In this document: piece by piece, positions 29,505-43,800 of the stretch
Layout: each line of letters opens with the position of its first letter
Numbering within the stretch: the first letter of the stretch is position 1
Position numbers and translations under genes: made by a program
Assembly: GCF_009914755.1 (NCBI RefSeq)
Contig: NC_060930.1
DNA length: 64,000 bases
Source: the human T2T-CHM13v2.0 reference genome, Homo sapiens
Strand: one strand, 5' to 3'
Notes under the pieces: generated by a model
Database searches by the model: none
What the model was told of the DNA's origin: nothing
The model's input: the letters and a program-made list of their open reading frames with translations, nothing else

Positions 29505-30662
29505 GGTAGAAAAGGAAAGCAGAGCATAACAATTTGGAAAATTTGCAGTCAAGCCTGTGGTAGAGAAAAGGCAGACTGAGTAGCAATCACTTGCTAGAGA
29601 GATTAGTATGACTAAAAGGGAGCCAAGTGCTAATATACAGGACAATGGTAAAAAGGCCTTGAAGACATTTCAGTAATCTTTGGGACAGCCCCTCCCATCA
29701 CAGGTACAGAGGCCTAGGAGGAAAGAGTGCTTTCAGGGGTCAGGTCCAGGGTGCTGCCTCCCTGCTCAGCCTCAGGACACTGCTTCCTACATCCTGGCCA
29801 CTCTGATTCCAGCTTTGGCTCAAAGGGCCCCAGGTACAGCTTGGGCTGCTGCTTTGAAGAGTGCTGGCTGATACAAGCCTTGATGGTTTCCATGTTGTGT
29901 TAAGCCAGCAGGTGCACAGAATGCAAGAGTGAAGGAGGCTTCTCAGCTTTCACTTAGATTTCAGAGTATGAACGGGAAAGCCTGGTTCTCAGGCAGAAGC
30001 CTGTTGCAGACACAGAGCTCCTGCAGGCATTCTCTACTAGGGAAGTGTTGAAAACAAATGTGGAGTTGGAGCCCCAAAACAGATTCCCCGCTGGGGCACT
30101 GCCTGGTGGAGCTGTGGGAAAGGTGCCACTGCCTCCCAGACCTGAGAATAATAGAGCCAGCATCAGCTTGTATCCTGAGCCTGGAAAAGTCATAGACACT
30201 CATCTCCAATTCATAAGAGCAATCATAGGTGCTACAACCTGCTAAGTCACAGGGGTGGAGCTGCTCAACGCCTTAGGAGCCCACCCCTTGCACCACTGTG
30301 TCCTAGATGCGGGATATGGAGTCAAAGGAGATTGCTTTGTAGCTTTAAGATTTAATGACTGCCCTGCTGGGTTTCAGACTTGTGTGGGACCCGTTACTCC
30401 TTTCTTCGGCCAATTTCCCTCTTTTGAAACGGTAGTGTTTACCCAATGCCTGTACCACCATTGTATCTTGGAAGTAAATAACTCCTTTTTGATTTTATAG
30501 GCTCATAACGATACCTTGAGCCTCAGATGAGAATTTGGACTTTGGACATGGGACATTTAATTTGATACTGGAATGAGTTTAGACTTTTGGGGACTATTGG
30601 GAAGAGATGATTATATTTTAAAATATGAGAAGAACATGAGATTTAGGGGGATAGGAGTAGAA
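29505..30662 (+). mobile_element. MaLR internal sequence (MST-int), 3' part
   Basis: gaagc-type agagcataacaatttggaaaatttgcag...; polypurine tract immediately before the LTR. Confidence 0.85.
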
Positions 30663-31079
30663 TGACATGGGTTGAATGTGTGTTCCCTCCAAATCTCATG
30701 TTAAAATGTGATTCTCAATGTTAGAGGTGAAGCCTACTGTGAGGCAATTGGATCATGGGGGCAGATCCTTCATAATGGCTTAGCACCATCCTCTTGGCGA
30801 TGAATAAGTTATCACTCAGTTAGTTCACATGAGACCTAGTTGTTTAAAAAGAGCCTGGGATTTCCCCCACTCTCACTCTTGCTCCCTCTCTGGCCATGTG
30901 ATTCACTGCTGCCTTTTACCTTCTGCCATGACTCTAAGCTTCCTGAGGCCCTAACCAGAAGCAAATGACAGCACCATGCTTCCTATAAATCCTGCAGAAC
31001 TTTGAACCAGTTAAACCTCTTTTTAAAGTAATTCATAGTGTAAGGTATTCCTTTATAGCAATACAAGAAAAGACTAACA
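30663..31079 (+). mobile_element. MST 3' LTR (MSTB-like)
   Basis: tgacatgggttgaatgtgtgttccctccaaatctcatg...tttatagcaatacaagaaaagactaaca. Confidence 0.9.
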
Positions 31080-31080
31080 C

Positions 31081-31082
31081 GT

Positions 31083-31126
<44 letters not shown>

Positions 31127-31128
31127 TA
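31081..31128. repeat. (GT)n(GA)n microsatellite
   Basis: Seen directly. Confidence 0.95.
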
Positions 31129-31129
31129 G

Positions 31130-34100
31130 ACTATCACCACAACCAAGAAAAAGAACATATTCATCACTCCAAAAACTTTCCCATTGCCCTTTGTAACCCT
31201 TTCCTTCCACCATATCCCCAGGCAACCGTAAATTAGTCATCACAAAAGATAAGTTTACATTTTGTAAAATTTTGTATACATGGAAACATACACTCAAACG
31301 CTATATATTATTTTTGTGGTTGAAATATTTTGTAATTATGTTGAGTTTCATTTACATTATAGCATGGATCAGTAGTTAACTCTCTTTTATAGTTGAATAA
31401 TATTTCATCTTTTACCTATTTTTATTCACTTATTGAAAAACTTTTGAGCTGTTTACAGTTTTTAGTTATCACAAATAAAACTGCTACAAACATTTTTGTT
31501 TAAGTCTTTGTGTGGAAAAAATCTTTCATTTCTCTTGGGCAGATAGCTAATAGTGGGAGAATGGGATCAGATGGTAGGTATACTTCATACAAAGTTGCCA
31601 AAATATTTCCAAAGCGTTAATGTCACTTAACATTTTCACCAACAAGGTTTGAGAATCTCAATTCCTCCATATTTTTGACAATACTTGGTGCATATGTCTT
31701 TCTAATTTTGATCATTCTGATAGATGTATAGTGGCATCACTTTGTGGTTTTAACTGGCACGTCCAGACAAAGACATATGTCTTTCTAATTTTGATCATTC
31801 TGATAGATGCATAGTGGCATCACTTTGTTGTTTTAGCTGGCATGACCCTAATTACTAATATTTTGATTATGTTTTAGTTTGCATATCTGCCATTGATTTT
31901 TATACCTTGGTGAGGTGTCAGTTCAGATATTTTGTGTATTTTTAAAAAGCATATTGTTGTCTTATTACTGAGTATATGAATACAAACATACCTGCACACA
32001 CACATATAAAGTTTATGTGTGTGTATATGTCAGTATATATCAAATGCCTTATCAGACATAAAATGTACATATATTTTGTCCAGTCTGTGGTTGTCATTTC
32101 ATGCCCTCAAGAGGGTCATTTGAGGAACAGAATTTTAAAAAATGTTGATGAAATATAATTTATCAAACGGTTCCTTTATTGATCATTCTTTTGGTATTGC
32201 GTTGAAAAAATTTTGTTTCAATCAAGGTGACAAAGGTTTTATCCTATGTTTACTTCTAGAAGTTTATACATTTATAACTTACATTTAGGTCTATAATAAA
32301 TTATGTAGTAATTTTTATTTATGGTGTGAAATGTAAATCTAACTTTTTATTATTAGAAATTGTCATATGGCTATCTAAATAGGCCATCAACATTTAGACC
32401 ATCTTTTGTCCAAAAAAATAATTTTACACTAGTATTGAAAGCAATTAACCACACATGTACAGGCCTACTTCTCAAATATTTATTTTGTATCATTGATCTG
32501 TTTGTATATTTTTATGCTGATATCACACTGTCTTGATTACTGTAATGTTCACTCTCTAATATTGCTCTTTTTCAGAGGCATTTGGCTGCTTTAGTTTCTT
32601 TGCACTTTCATATGAATTTTAGAATTGGCTTGTCAGTTTTTATAAAAATACCTGTTGTGATTGTAATTGAGATCACAATGAACCTATTAATCAGTTTAGA
32701 AATAAATAATAGCTTGAATATACTGATGTCTTTTAACACAGTATTAGAGCTCTCCTTTGATTGAGAGCTGCTTTGATTTCTTTCATACGTAATTTGTAGT
32801 TTTCAGTGCACAGGTTTTTCTCATCATTTGACAAATTTATTTCCAAATAATGTATATTTTGATGCTATTTTAATTGGTATTATCTATGTACTTTAACTTC
32901 TGATTACTTGTGTATAGAAACACAATTACTTTTGGTATATTCACCTTGTGTGTGGTAAACTTTGTAAACTCATTTATTATTTGTAGAAGCTTTTACATGA
33001 TTTAAATTAAATATTTACATAGAGGATTACGTAATCCATGAAGCAAATCAATTTTACTTCTTTCTTTCCAATCCGTATTTTTAAAATAAATTTTCTTTTT
33101 CTTGCCTTATTACACTGGCTAAAACCTTCTATACAATATTGAAAGAAGGTGGTGAAAGTAGACATCTTTAATTTGTTCATGATATTCTGGAGAAAGCATT
33201 CAGTTTTTCACCATGGTATATGGTATTCCCTGCAGGATTTTCTTTTATGCCCTTTTTTGGGTTGAATAATTTTCATTCTATTCTTCATTTATTAAATGTT
33301 TTCTTAATCATTTGAATTTTATCAAGTGCTTTTTTGTATCTATTTATAAACTTATGTTTATTGGGTAGTATGTTGAGTGATATTGATTTGTTTGCATATA
33401 TAAAAGTAGTCTTTCATTCCTGGAATACACTATACTTGGTCATGGTATCTTAAATTTTATAATTGCTTAAATTTGATTTTCTATAATTGTGTTTAGAAAT
33501 TTTTAATATGATTATAAAAAATATTGGTCTGCCGTTTTCTTTTCATGCAATCTGTTTTTCTGGTCCTGGTATTTGGATAATGCAGATTATTCCCTAATGA
33601 TTTGGTGAGTATTTTATTCTTTTAAATACTCTGAAATAGTTTGTGTAGCATTGGTATTATTTATTCATTAAATGTTTCATAGAATTCATTAGTGAAGTAC
33701 TCTGAACCTGAAGTATTCCTTGTGAGAATTATTTTAAATACAAATTCAATTTATTAAATAGATGTGAGATTACTCCTGATTTCTATTTTTTAGTGAAGTT
33801 TGGTAGTTGTTGTATTTAAAGGAATTTATCCATTTCATCTGTTATTAAATTTATCAAAAATTGTTCAGAATATTATTATTATCCTTTCTAAGTTAATTCT
33901 CTAAAGTGATGTCATTGTTCTCATTCTTTATACTGTTAATTGTGAATTTCATCTTTTTATCCTGACCAGTTTGTTTATAAGTGTATTACTTTTATTGATA
34001 GTCTTAAAAAACTAGGTTTTGGTTACATTGATTTTCTCTACTGTCGTTCTGCTTTCCATTTCATTTTTTTTTTAGTTATTTTATTTTTAAAATAGTCTTT

Positions 34101-35560
34101 CTAATTTCATTGTATTTTTTGCTATTATTTTTGCAGTTTCTTAAAGTGAAAGCTGAGGTCATTGATTTGAGACGTTTCTTTATTATTAATATATTCATTA
34201 TTATATATTTCTCTAAGCACTACTTTAGTAGCATCCCATAAATCTTGATTTGTTGTGGTTTTACTTTCATTGAGTTTACAATATTTTCTAATATCCTTCA
34301 CTTTTCTTATACTCATAGGTTATTTAGGAGCATATTACTTCATTTCCAAGAGCTGGAGAGAATATATTAGGTGTAACTTAAATTCCTTCGAATTTATTAA
34401 GACTTGTTTAATGTCACAGAATACAGGCCATATTTGTGAAAATTTCATAGATACTTTAAAAGAGATTTTCTTCTGCTTTGTTGATAGAGTGTTCTATAAG
34501 TGTCAATTTTCTCTTGTTGGCTGATAGTGCTATTAAAATCTTTTACACCATATTAATCTTTCTCCTCATTCTAGCAATTATTGAGAAAATAGTGTAAACC
34601 AAAAATAAAATCTTAAGCCTCTCCAACCGACTAAATAAACCCTTTCTTCGCCAAGGGATCCCAGAGAAAACCTGAAAAACTGGTGCAGGCCATTATGGAA
34701 AGCAAGGTTAGACATGCTTCATTATGCCATCCTCCCTTTGAAGTTTAGGCACAACTGACCTGAATTTATATTAAAATAGAAGTCATAAGACTGTCAAGAC
34801 AGACTCTTTGTAGTAAAAAGATACCCAACTCCAACCTGACTCAGGTATAACATCAACGACAGAAAGCAGGCCCTGAAGAAAATAAAAATATTTTATCTGA
34901 AAATAAATTTTCTTTGATATATTTTGAAATGGTCCTGAAAAGCCATCTCTTGTGAGGGAAATTTGCATTCTGTAGAGATTTTTTGTCACTTACTAGGTCT
35001 TTTCTGGAGAATCTGACACCTTTTAAGGTCCAGTGAGAGACATTTATCATCTATTTTATCTAAAGACTGTTACTTAGAGCTTTCATCTACATAATAAGAA
35101 CCCTGGCTTTCACAATCCCCCTTAATTCAAGCATTTCCTTATGCTGACTTCAACTCTTTAGGCAAAGTTTGCCCCTTTCAATCAATTGCCATTCAGGAAA
35201 TCTTTCAATCTGTCTATGATCTTGAAGCCCCTACTTCGAGATGCCTCATCCTTCTTGGCTGAACCAATGTTTACCTTTTATGTATTGATATATGTCTTTG
35301 CCTGTGACTTCTTTCTCCCTAAAATGTATAAAACAAAGCTGTAATCCAAGCATCTTGAGCACATGTTCTCAGGACCTTCTGAGATTGTGTCAAAAGCCAT
35401 ATTCACACATATTTGGGTCAGAATGAATCTCTTTAAGTATTTTACAGAACTGAGCTTTTTTTGTCAATAAAGATGTTAAGAATTTTTATAATTATTGGTA
35501 GATTTGTCAGTTTTTCTCTACAGTTCTTAGAGTTGTTGCTCTGTGTTTTAAATCTTTGCC
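31130..35560 (-). mobile_element. Long old L1 (L1MC/MD/ME group), interrupted by an ERV1 LTR
   Basis: Continuous T-rich antisense L1 3'UTR and ORF2 text; degenerate ORF2 peptide at 34125-34316. Confidence 0.85.
34593..35469 (+). mobile_element. ERV1 solo LTR, MER4 family (MER4D-like)
   Basis: Starts tgtaaaccaaaaataaaatcttaagcc; ends ...tattttacagaactgagctttttttgtcaata. Confidence 0.8.
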
Positions 35561-36628
35561 GTTTTAAGGCATTCTCTTTGTATATTTTATTACTTCACTT
35601 TGAATGCCAAGTGAAGTGTATATAAATAACTTATGGCCAAACAAATTTTGCCAAAAAAAATGCAAAACACTTTAAAAAATTTTATTAAAAAATTTAGCAT
35701 ACTGGAGGTTTTGAATATCTACCTAATTTTGGGCAATTTTTAAACTTGTTTAAATAAAAAGTATACAATTACAAATTTTTAATTTGGTTTATGGGACATA
35801 TTCTCTTACAAGGAAAAAAATTGAGAACATAACATACCTATGTATTTATTTCACAATATTTACCAGCCAAGTTATGCTTCAGTAGTGATTTGGAATGTTT
35901 TCCAAATGTATATCCCCCTAGTCTGTGCCCTCTGAATGGTCTCTAACTATTATTTCTACTTCTATTTCTTTGGTGTCATCTATACAGACTCTTGTGGCAT
36001 GCAAGAAAAAAAAAAACTTTCATGAAGAATTATTTCTGATAAACTTGAATGCTAGAAAAAAAAAATGCCCTCAATGAGCTTAGAGAAACTCATCTTCAAC
36101 TTATATTACTGTGCTTAACCACATTATCAAACAAATGTATAATAGATAACATTTTCTCAAAAACAAAGATGTAGTAATTTGTCTCATTTGAATTTTTCAA
36201 AGTTTAAATGCTATCTGAAAACAGGGTCCCTCTCAAAAAAAAAAAAGTGATTTGATACCAAAAACAAATGCTACAACTCAGAGTGGTGAATACAAATCTC
36301 ATGTTGATAACTCTAAGCCAATTCTTCAGTGAAACTCAATTCAGAGGTTGAGTCCAGTTAAGAACACAGCAGGGTGGAAGAGATCAGGAGGTGTGGGGTG
36401 TGGATGGTCCTTTTTAGTATGACATAGGGAAATGGAAATATTATATTAGTTGATGTGTTTTTATTACTTGGAAAAAGTATCAAACCAGTCTGTTTCAAAA
36501 GCTAAACAAATAAAAAGGAAGACATTATTCAGCAGAATATCAGACTATTTATGTGTGTGTGAGTCTGTGTGTTTGTGTGTGTGTGTGCACCCGTGTGTGT
36601 ATGTATCTATCTAGATTTAGATAGATAG

Positions 36629-36850
36629 ATACTAGATTTTCATTTATGAATATTAACAAGTATACTCAGATTTGAGAATATGAGCCACTTCTCCCTAGAA
36701 ATATTTTAGGGGCAGAGAAAAATAGGTATCTTTTATTAAGTTCAATATTGTGAAAAAGATATTGTATAACTACCTCAAGCCAGTTCAGTGGAGCTCTGTT
36801 GAACTGTCACTGTTAAAATTATAAAAAGTTTACTGAAAGTGAATAGCTAG
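36629..36850 (+). repeat. Copy 1 of a ~220-bp dispersed direct repeat
   Basis: Aligns with 37930-38141. Confidence 0.95.
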
Positions 36851-37929
36851 TGAACTATTTGTGTATGTATAGGTAAATTTGTCGTCTGTTTAGGGTAAAT
36901 CAAAATCAGGAAGGGCTAGAAGATGGGAATGATTTTAAATGGCTGTTGTGCTAACTGGCTTGATGCTGACTATGGAGCATTGAGTAACCCACCGCAGGAG
37001 ATGTAGTGGTAGAAAGCCCATGAAGACTAGGATATCTGTAAGTAAGGTGATCAACGTTTTTCTTCATTTAAAGGATAACAAAGAGATGCAGCAGAATTTT
37101 GACTACATATTCCATTTCCAATTTAATTTGCCCATCCATAAAACTTTGCCCTGCATACCTAGGAAACCTTATCACTGACCAAGATTCCTTTCTTCCTCAT
37201 TGCCTTCTGTTTCTATACAACAGTAGCCCAGGTCAACCAAGTACTTATCTTTCTATACATTTAAAGGGCCTGTAAATTTATAATTTAAAAAAAGGAAAGA
37301 GGAACCAAAACTTTAGATTCTAATTATAAAAAAGATTTAATATTAACTAGATTTCAGTTTTAAATGTAAATCAAAAGAGGATTAACTATACATCATGTAG
37401 GCTATTTGTCATTCACATCTCACTGTGGCTTCATTTAAATCTTGTGTTTCATTTTTGTATGGATACTCTCCTTTTGTACTTGCCCTGCCCCTCCAGCTGA
37501 GATAAATAACCTTGAGTAAATGAGTATGTACTAGAGTAGCTGGGGAAATGACTAGGGACAGTATCAATGTCTCAGCATATCAGCAATAAGAGAGCAGGAT
37601 ATTAGCAATAGGCTGTAGAAAACAAGGAGAAAGGCAGCAGAAAGTTGGTGGAAAGGTGATGGCATGGTATGCTGGAAGGAAAACCATAACATAACTAGGT
37701 ATAAGTTTTTCCAAAATGTTTCCCTAAATTAGTTAGCATTCTTCCCCCAAAATGAAGAACTCTTCAAATTCATATACATCAACTTTTATTGCTCCTCAAA
37801 TAAATTACACAAATCTATAAAAGTAATTTAAGGACAGATTAAACTTAAGACTCCATACTCCTTTTGACATCTGGAACTAAGTCAGTTTCCTCAAGGGGAT
37901 AAATGTAACAGCACTGCTATGGGCACAGA

Positions 37930-38141
37930 ATACTAGATCTTCATTTATACATTTTAACAAGTATACTCAGATTTGAAAATATGAGCCACTTCTCTCTAGC
38001 AACATTTTAGGGGCAGAGGAAAAAATATACATTTTTTATTAAGTTCAGTATTGTAAAAAAGAAGTTGTGACTACCAAAAGTCAGGTCAGTGAAGCTCTTT
38101 TGGACTGTCACTGTTAAAGTTTACTGAAAGTGAATAGATAG
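37930..38141 (+). repeat. Copy 2 of the ~220-bp dispersed direct repeat
   Basis: Aligns with 36629-36850. Confidence 0.95.
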
Positions 38142-39645
38142 GAATTAAGGGAAGAATCTCCATCTGTGCTGAGCAGGTGCAGTGCAAGAGGAATGCAAAA
38201 GGGAAAATGTGTAATGATACTTAGACTACAATACAGACAGGTGTAGTATAAAATAGAATCAGAGAAAGCAAGAATCAGAAGGAAAAGGAAAACTATCTAA
38301 GGAGTGATCAAACTTCTAGGGAACAAATTCAGCTCCAGGAAAAACTGAGAAAAGCTGTGTGAAATGTTTCTTCTCATTTTATCGGTCATCATTACCAAGT
38401 CATATTCCTTAACATAAAATGTGTTTTAAAGAGTAAATATAATTTATAAAATTTTTAAATGTAGAACTTTATAAATTATATATGTATAAGGAATTTAATT
38501 TACAGACTTACAGAAAAATACTTTTTTATGTTTAAATATAGTCTTTAATATTTTGTATTTCCTCAGGTGAAATAATGTGCACTTAAGAATCTCTTTGCTA
38601 TACATCATTTTATATAGATAATTGCTTTTCTTCTTTCCAAATCTCCATTTCAGTAGAGTGGAGTTAGTATAACTGAATCCCATAAACTATTTCAGTTGCA
38701 AATGACTTTTTAAGAGGATAGTACTAGGAGAAAAACACTGATTGAAATAACTTTTAACTTTGGAGTTACAAATACCCTGTTAAGGTCTATTGTAGCAATT
38801 TTTCTAAACAGGTGCTTGTAACACAGCTGATATAAACCCAATGATAAATTTGAGATTGTTGATGATAACTATAAGCCTGAATGTCAAATTGTGTTAATCT
38901 TTATTTATGAAAAATTCTGAGGAGAATATCCCTGGCATTTATTAGATTCCTAAATGTCTATGATAAAAAATTTAAAATGTCTATCATACAGGGCTGGACC
39001 TACATGGCCATGCCGCTGAGATTCACCCCACTTATTTTCTGCAGAGTTAACAGGTGGTTAAAAAAAAAAAAAGAGAGACCATGGAAGCTTAGCTCCTATC
39101 TAGTGCTGCCCATCCACAAGTGGCTGCGTAAGGAACTTCACCTCCCTGAGTTTCCTTTTCTACATTTGTAAAAGGAGTGCTTTGGGCTGGGAAAACATTT
39201 TTAACAGCTCATGTAATTCTAAGGACTATCCATTCTAGATTTTTCTCCTTTTATGTATGAGGGACCCTTAACTCATTAGAATAGGTATTATATTCTTATA
39301 AAGCATAAAATTAAAAAGTTACACGGAACAGAAAGATAATTTTAATAGAAATGTTGCTGATTGGTATATTGTATAATAATTTGCAGTCCCAAGTATCTAA
39401 ATTTTTAAAGATAATGCCAAAATGTTGCAAGCCTATGGGTGCTCAGAATTTCACATCTCATTTAAGAAGGAACTTTTAATGTCCAGAGAGTGTTTGTTTG
39501 GTGGCATTAATCCTCTATTCTTAATGTGAATAATTAGAAAGTTAATATGAGCTTTTGGTACTCTTTTCCAAATGGTAAATTAAGGCTACTCTACAATTTT
39601 CCCTTTTGGAACCAAATCTCTGGAAATAGTTTTAAAAGTAAATCA

Positions 39646-40022
39646 ATGAGATCATTCAGTATTTGTCTTTCTGTGCCTGGCTTATATCACCTAACATAAT
39701 GTCCTCCAAGTTCATCCATGTTGTTTCAAATTACAGGATTTTATTCTGTTTCACAGCTGAATAGTATTCCACTGTATATAAGTACACATTTTCTTTATCT
39801 ATGGGCACTTAGGTTAATTTCGTATCTTGAACATTGTGAATGGCATTTCAATAAACTGGGGAATGCAGATATCATTTTGACATATTTTTTTTCTACCAGT
39901 ACTGAGATTGCTTAATTATTTGGTAGTTCTATTTTTAATTTTTTGATGAAATTCCATTCTGTTTTCCATAATGGCTGTACTAATTTACATTCCAATCAAC
40001 AGTGTATGAATTGCCCTTTCTC
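39646..40022 (-). mobile_element. L1MA/MB 3' fragment
   Basis: tgagatcattcagtatttgtctttctgtgcctggctt...ccataatggctgtactaatttacattcc. Confidence 0.85.
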
Positions 40023-40879
40023 TATATTCTCAACAGCATTTAACCAACATAGTGCAATTTTGTAAATATAGCAAGTTTTACTCATTATACTCATTTTAAA
40101 AATATATTATTTGATTTGCTGAGATTGAGTGTAGATGAGGGTGTGGAAAAAGGATTCTCATATATTGATTTGAGGATAGATTAAAGTTTTAAATTTATAT
40201 TCTACATATCTAAGCATTTTGAATTCTTTTTCTTCTGTACAGAAATATGTGAACATAATAAGAAAGTATGCACATTTTTACTGAGTCATTTAAATAGAAA
40301 TTTAGCAACAATTAAATTATCCGTAGGTGCAGCGGTAGATTTTAAAAATATGAAGTATGAATAAATATGAAATATGAATCTTATGGATCACTATTTATCA
40401 GAAATGTATCTATGTAAAATAACTTTGCAAGATTTCCAGCACATATTGTTGAGTAAAAAAAAAAAACAAATTAGACCGTTATGTATAATGTAATAAAATT
40501 TAGGTACACCAGTAACAAAATAAGCTGGGGCTATACACACAAAGACAGTTTGAAAGACACAAAGAGAGTTTGAACAGAAGATAGTGGTTACTCAGGAGAA
40601 AGGAAGAAGAGAAGTTTGAGAAGTAGTTAAAAGGAGAACTTTCACCTTATAAATAGTAGTTAAATGGGTGTCTAGTAGGAATGGAATCAATAATTTAGAA
40701 AACATTTTTAATTACAAGCTTAATTGAAAGATAAAATTTCAAATCATCCAAATTAGAATATAAACTTTATATTTATTCTAATTATGTAAAATTAAACTAA
40801 AAACTAAATTAAATGAGCTATAATAAATTACATTAAATACATTTAAATATATATGGTTTTTCTTGCTATAGTTTATATT

Positions 40880-43800
40880 TATCTTTTATATCTTAATTTT
40901 AATTTTTCTGGGTGCATAGCAGGTATATATATATATTTATGGGTTATATGAGAGAGATTTTTATACAGGCATGCAATGCATAATAATTACATCAGGGTAA
41001 ATGAGGTATCCATCACCTCAAACATTTATCTTTTGTGTTACAAACAATCCACTTATATATTTTTAGTTATTTTAAAATGTACAATTAAATTATATATTAC
41101 TATAATTACCCTGTTGTGATAGCAAAGACTAGGCCTTATTCATTGTTTATAACTGTTTTTTGTACCAATTAACCCTCTTCATTTCCCTCCCTCACAATAC
41201 TCTTCCAAGTCTCTGGTAACCATCATACTCTCTAGCTCCATGAGTTCAATTGTTTTAATTTCTAGCTCCCACAAATATGTGAGAATATGCAAAGTTTGTC
41301 TTTTGTGCCTGACTTCTTTCACTTAACATAGTGACCTCCAGTTCCCTCCATGTTGTTACAATTGACAGGATCTCATTTTTTTCTACGGCTAAATAGTACT
41401 CCATTATGTATATATATGTACCACATTTTCTTTATCTAATCATCTGTTGATTGCTTCACTTAGATTGCTTCAAAATCTTGACTGTTGTGAATAGTGCTGC
41501 AACAAACATGGGAGTGCAGATATTTCTTTGACATGCTGATATTCTTTCTTTTGGGTATATACTTAGGAGTGGAATTGCTCGATTGTAAGGCAGCTCTATT
41601 TTTAGTTTTTTGAGGTGCCTCCAAAGTGTTCTCCATACTGGTTGAATACTAATTTAAATTCCCATCAACATTATACACATTCTCACCAGCATTTGTTATT
41701 GCATGACATTTGGATATGAACCATTTTAACTGGGATGAGATGATATCTAATTGTATTTTTGATTTACATTTATCTGATAATCGATGTTGAGTATCTTTTC
41801 ATATATCTGTTTGGCATTTTTATGTCTTTGTTAGAGAAGTATCTATTCAATATTTTGCTCACTTTCAAGTTGGATTATTAGATTTTTTCCTACTTAGTTG
41901 TTTGAGCTCCTTTTATATTCTGGTTATCAATCCCTTGTCACAAGGATGGTCTTTAAATATTTTTCTCCCATTCTAGGTGTTACCTCTTCACTTTGCTGAT
42001 TGCTTCCTTTGCTGTTCAGAAGTTTTTAACTTGATGTCATCACATTTGTCCATTTATGCTGTGGTTGCCTATGCTTGTGAGTTTTTACTCAAAAAATCTT
42101 TGCTCACTTGTCAATGTCCTGGAGAGTTTCCCCAGAGTTTTCTTTTAGCAGTTTAATCATTTCAGGTCTTGATTTAATTATTTAATTCATTTTGATTTAA
42201 TTTTTGTATAAGCTGAGAAATAGGAATATAATTTTTTTCTTCTGCATATGGATATCTAGTTTTCCCAGCACCATTTATTGAAGACACTGTCTTTTCCCCA
42301 CTGTCAAAACTGAGTTCACTGTAGGTGTGTGGTTCTCTATCCATTTCCATTGGTCTATGGGTCTGTTTTTATGCAAGTAACATGGTGTTTTGATTACTAT
42401 AGCTCTGTAGTGTAATTTTAAGTCAGATAATGTGATTCCCCCAAGTTTTGTTCTTGTTGCTTAGGATAGTTATGGTTATTCTGGATCTTTTGTGGTTCCA
42501 TATACATTTTAGGATTGTGTTTTCTATTTCTCTGAAGCATGTCATTGATATTTTGATAAGAATTGCATTGAATTTGTAGATTACTTTAGGTAGTATGGAC
42601 ATTTTGAAAATATCGATTCTTTCAATTCATAAACATGGAATACCTTTTGTTTTTTGTTTCCTCTTTAATTTCTCACGTAATTGTTTTACAGTTTTCCTTG
42701 TAGAGAACTTTCACTTCTTTGGTTAAGTTTATTCCTAGGTATTTTATTTTATTTGTAGCTAATGTAAATGGGATTACTTTCTTGATTCTTTTCCCAGATT
42801 GTTCGACATTGGCATATAGACATGCTACTCATTTTAATATGTTAATTTTGTATCCTGCAACTTTACTGAATTTGTCTACCAGTTTTAATAGTTTTTTGAG
42901 GGAGCCTTCAGCTTTTTCCCAATATAAGATGATACCACCTGCAAACAAGGATAGTTTAACTTCTGTTCCAATTTGAATGCTCTTTATTTCTTTCTCTTTT
43001 GTGATTGCTGTAGCTAGTATTTTCAGTACTATGTTGAGTAACAGTGGTGAAAGTCACCATCCTTGTTGTGTTCCCCATCTAAAAAGAAAGGCCTTCAGTT
43101 TTTCCCCATTCATTATAATACTAGCTGTGACTCTCTCATATATAGCTTTTATTAGGTTGCATTATGTTCCTTCTATACCCAATTTATTGAGGATTTTTAT
43201 CATGAGGGGATGGTGAATGTTATCAGATGCTTATTCAGCATCAATTGAAATGATTATATGTTTTTGTCCTTTATTCTGTTGATATGATGTATCACATTAC
43301 TTTATTTGCATATGTTGACTCATCCTTTTGTCACTGGCATAAAACCCACTTGGTCATGATGAGTGATCTTTTTAAAGTATTGTTCAATTAGTTTGATAGT
43401 ATTTTATTGGGAATATTTTTTATCAGTATTCATCATTGATATTGTCCCATAGTTTTCTTTTTTTTTTTTGATATGTCTTTGGTTTTGATATCAAGTGACA
43501 CCACCTTCATAGAAATGAGTTTGCAAGTATTCCTCCCTCTTTTATTTTTCAAAATAGTTTGAGTAGGATTGGTATTAGTTATTCTGAAAATGCTTGGTAA
43601 AATTCATCTGTGAAGCCATCAGGTCTGCGTTTTTTGTTTGTGTGTGGTTTGGTATTTATTTATTTATTTATTTATTTATTTTGGATGCTTTTTATAATGC
43701 CTTCAATCTTGTTACTTGTTATTATTCTGTTCAGGTTTCAAATTTCTTCATGGTTCAATCTTTGTAGGTTGTATATGTTTAGGAAATTGTCTTTTCTTTT

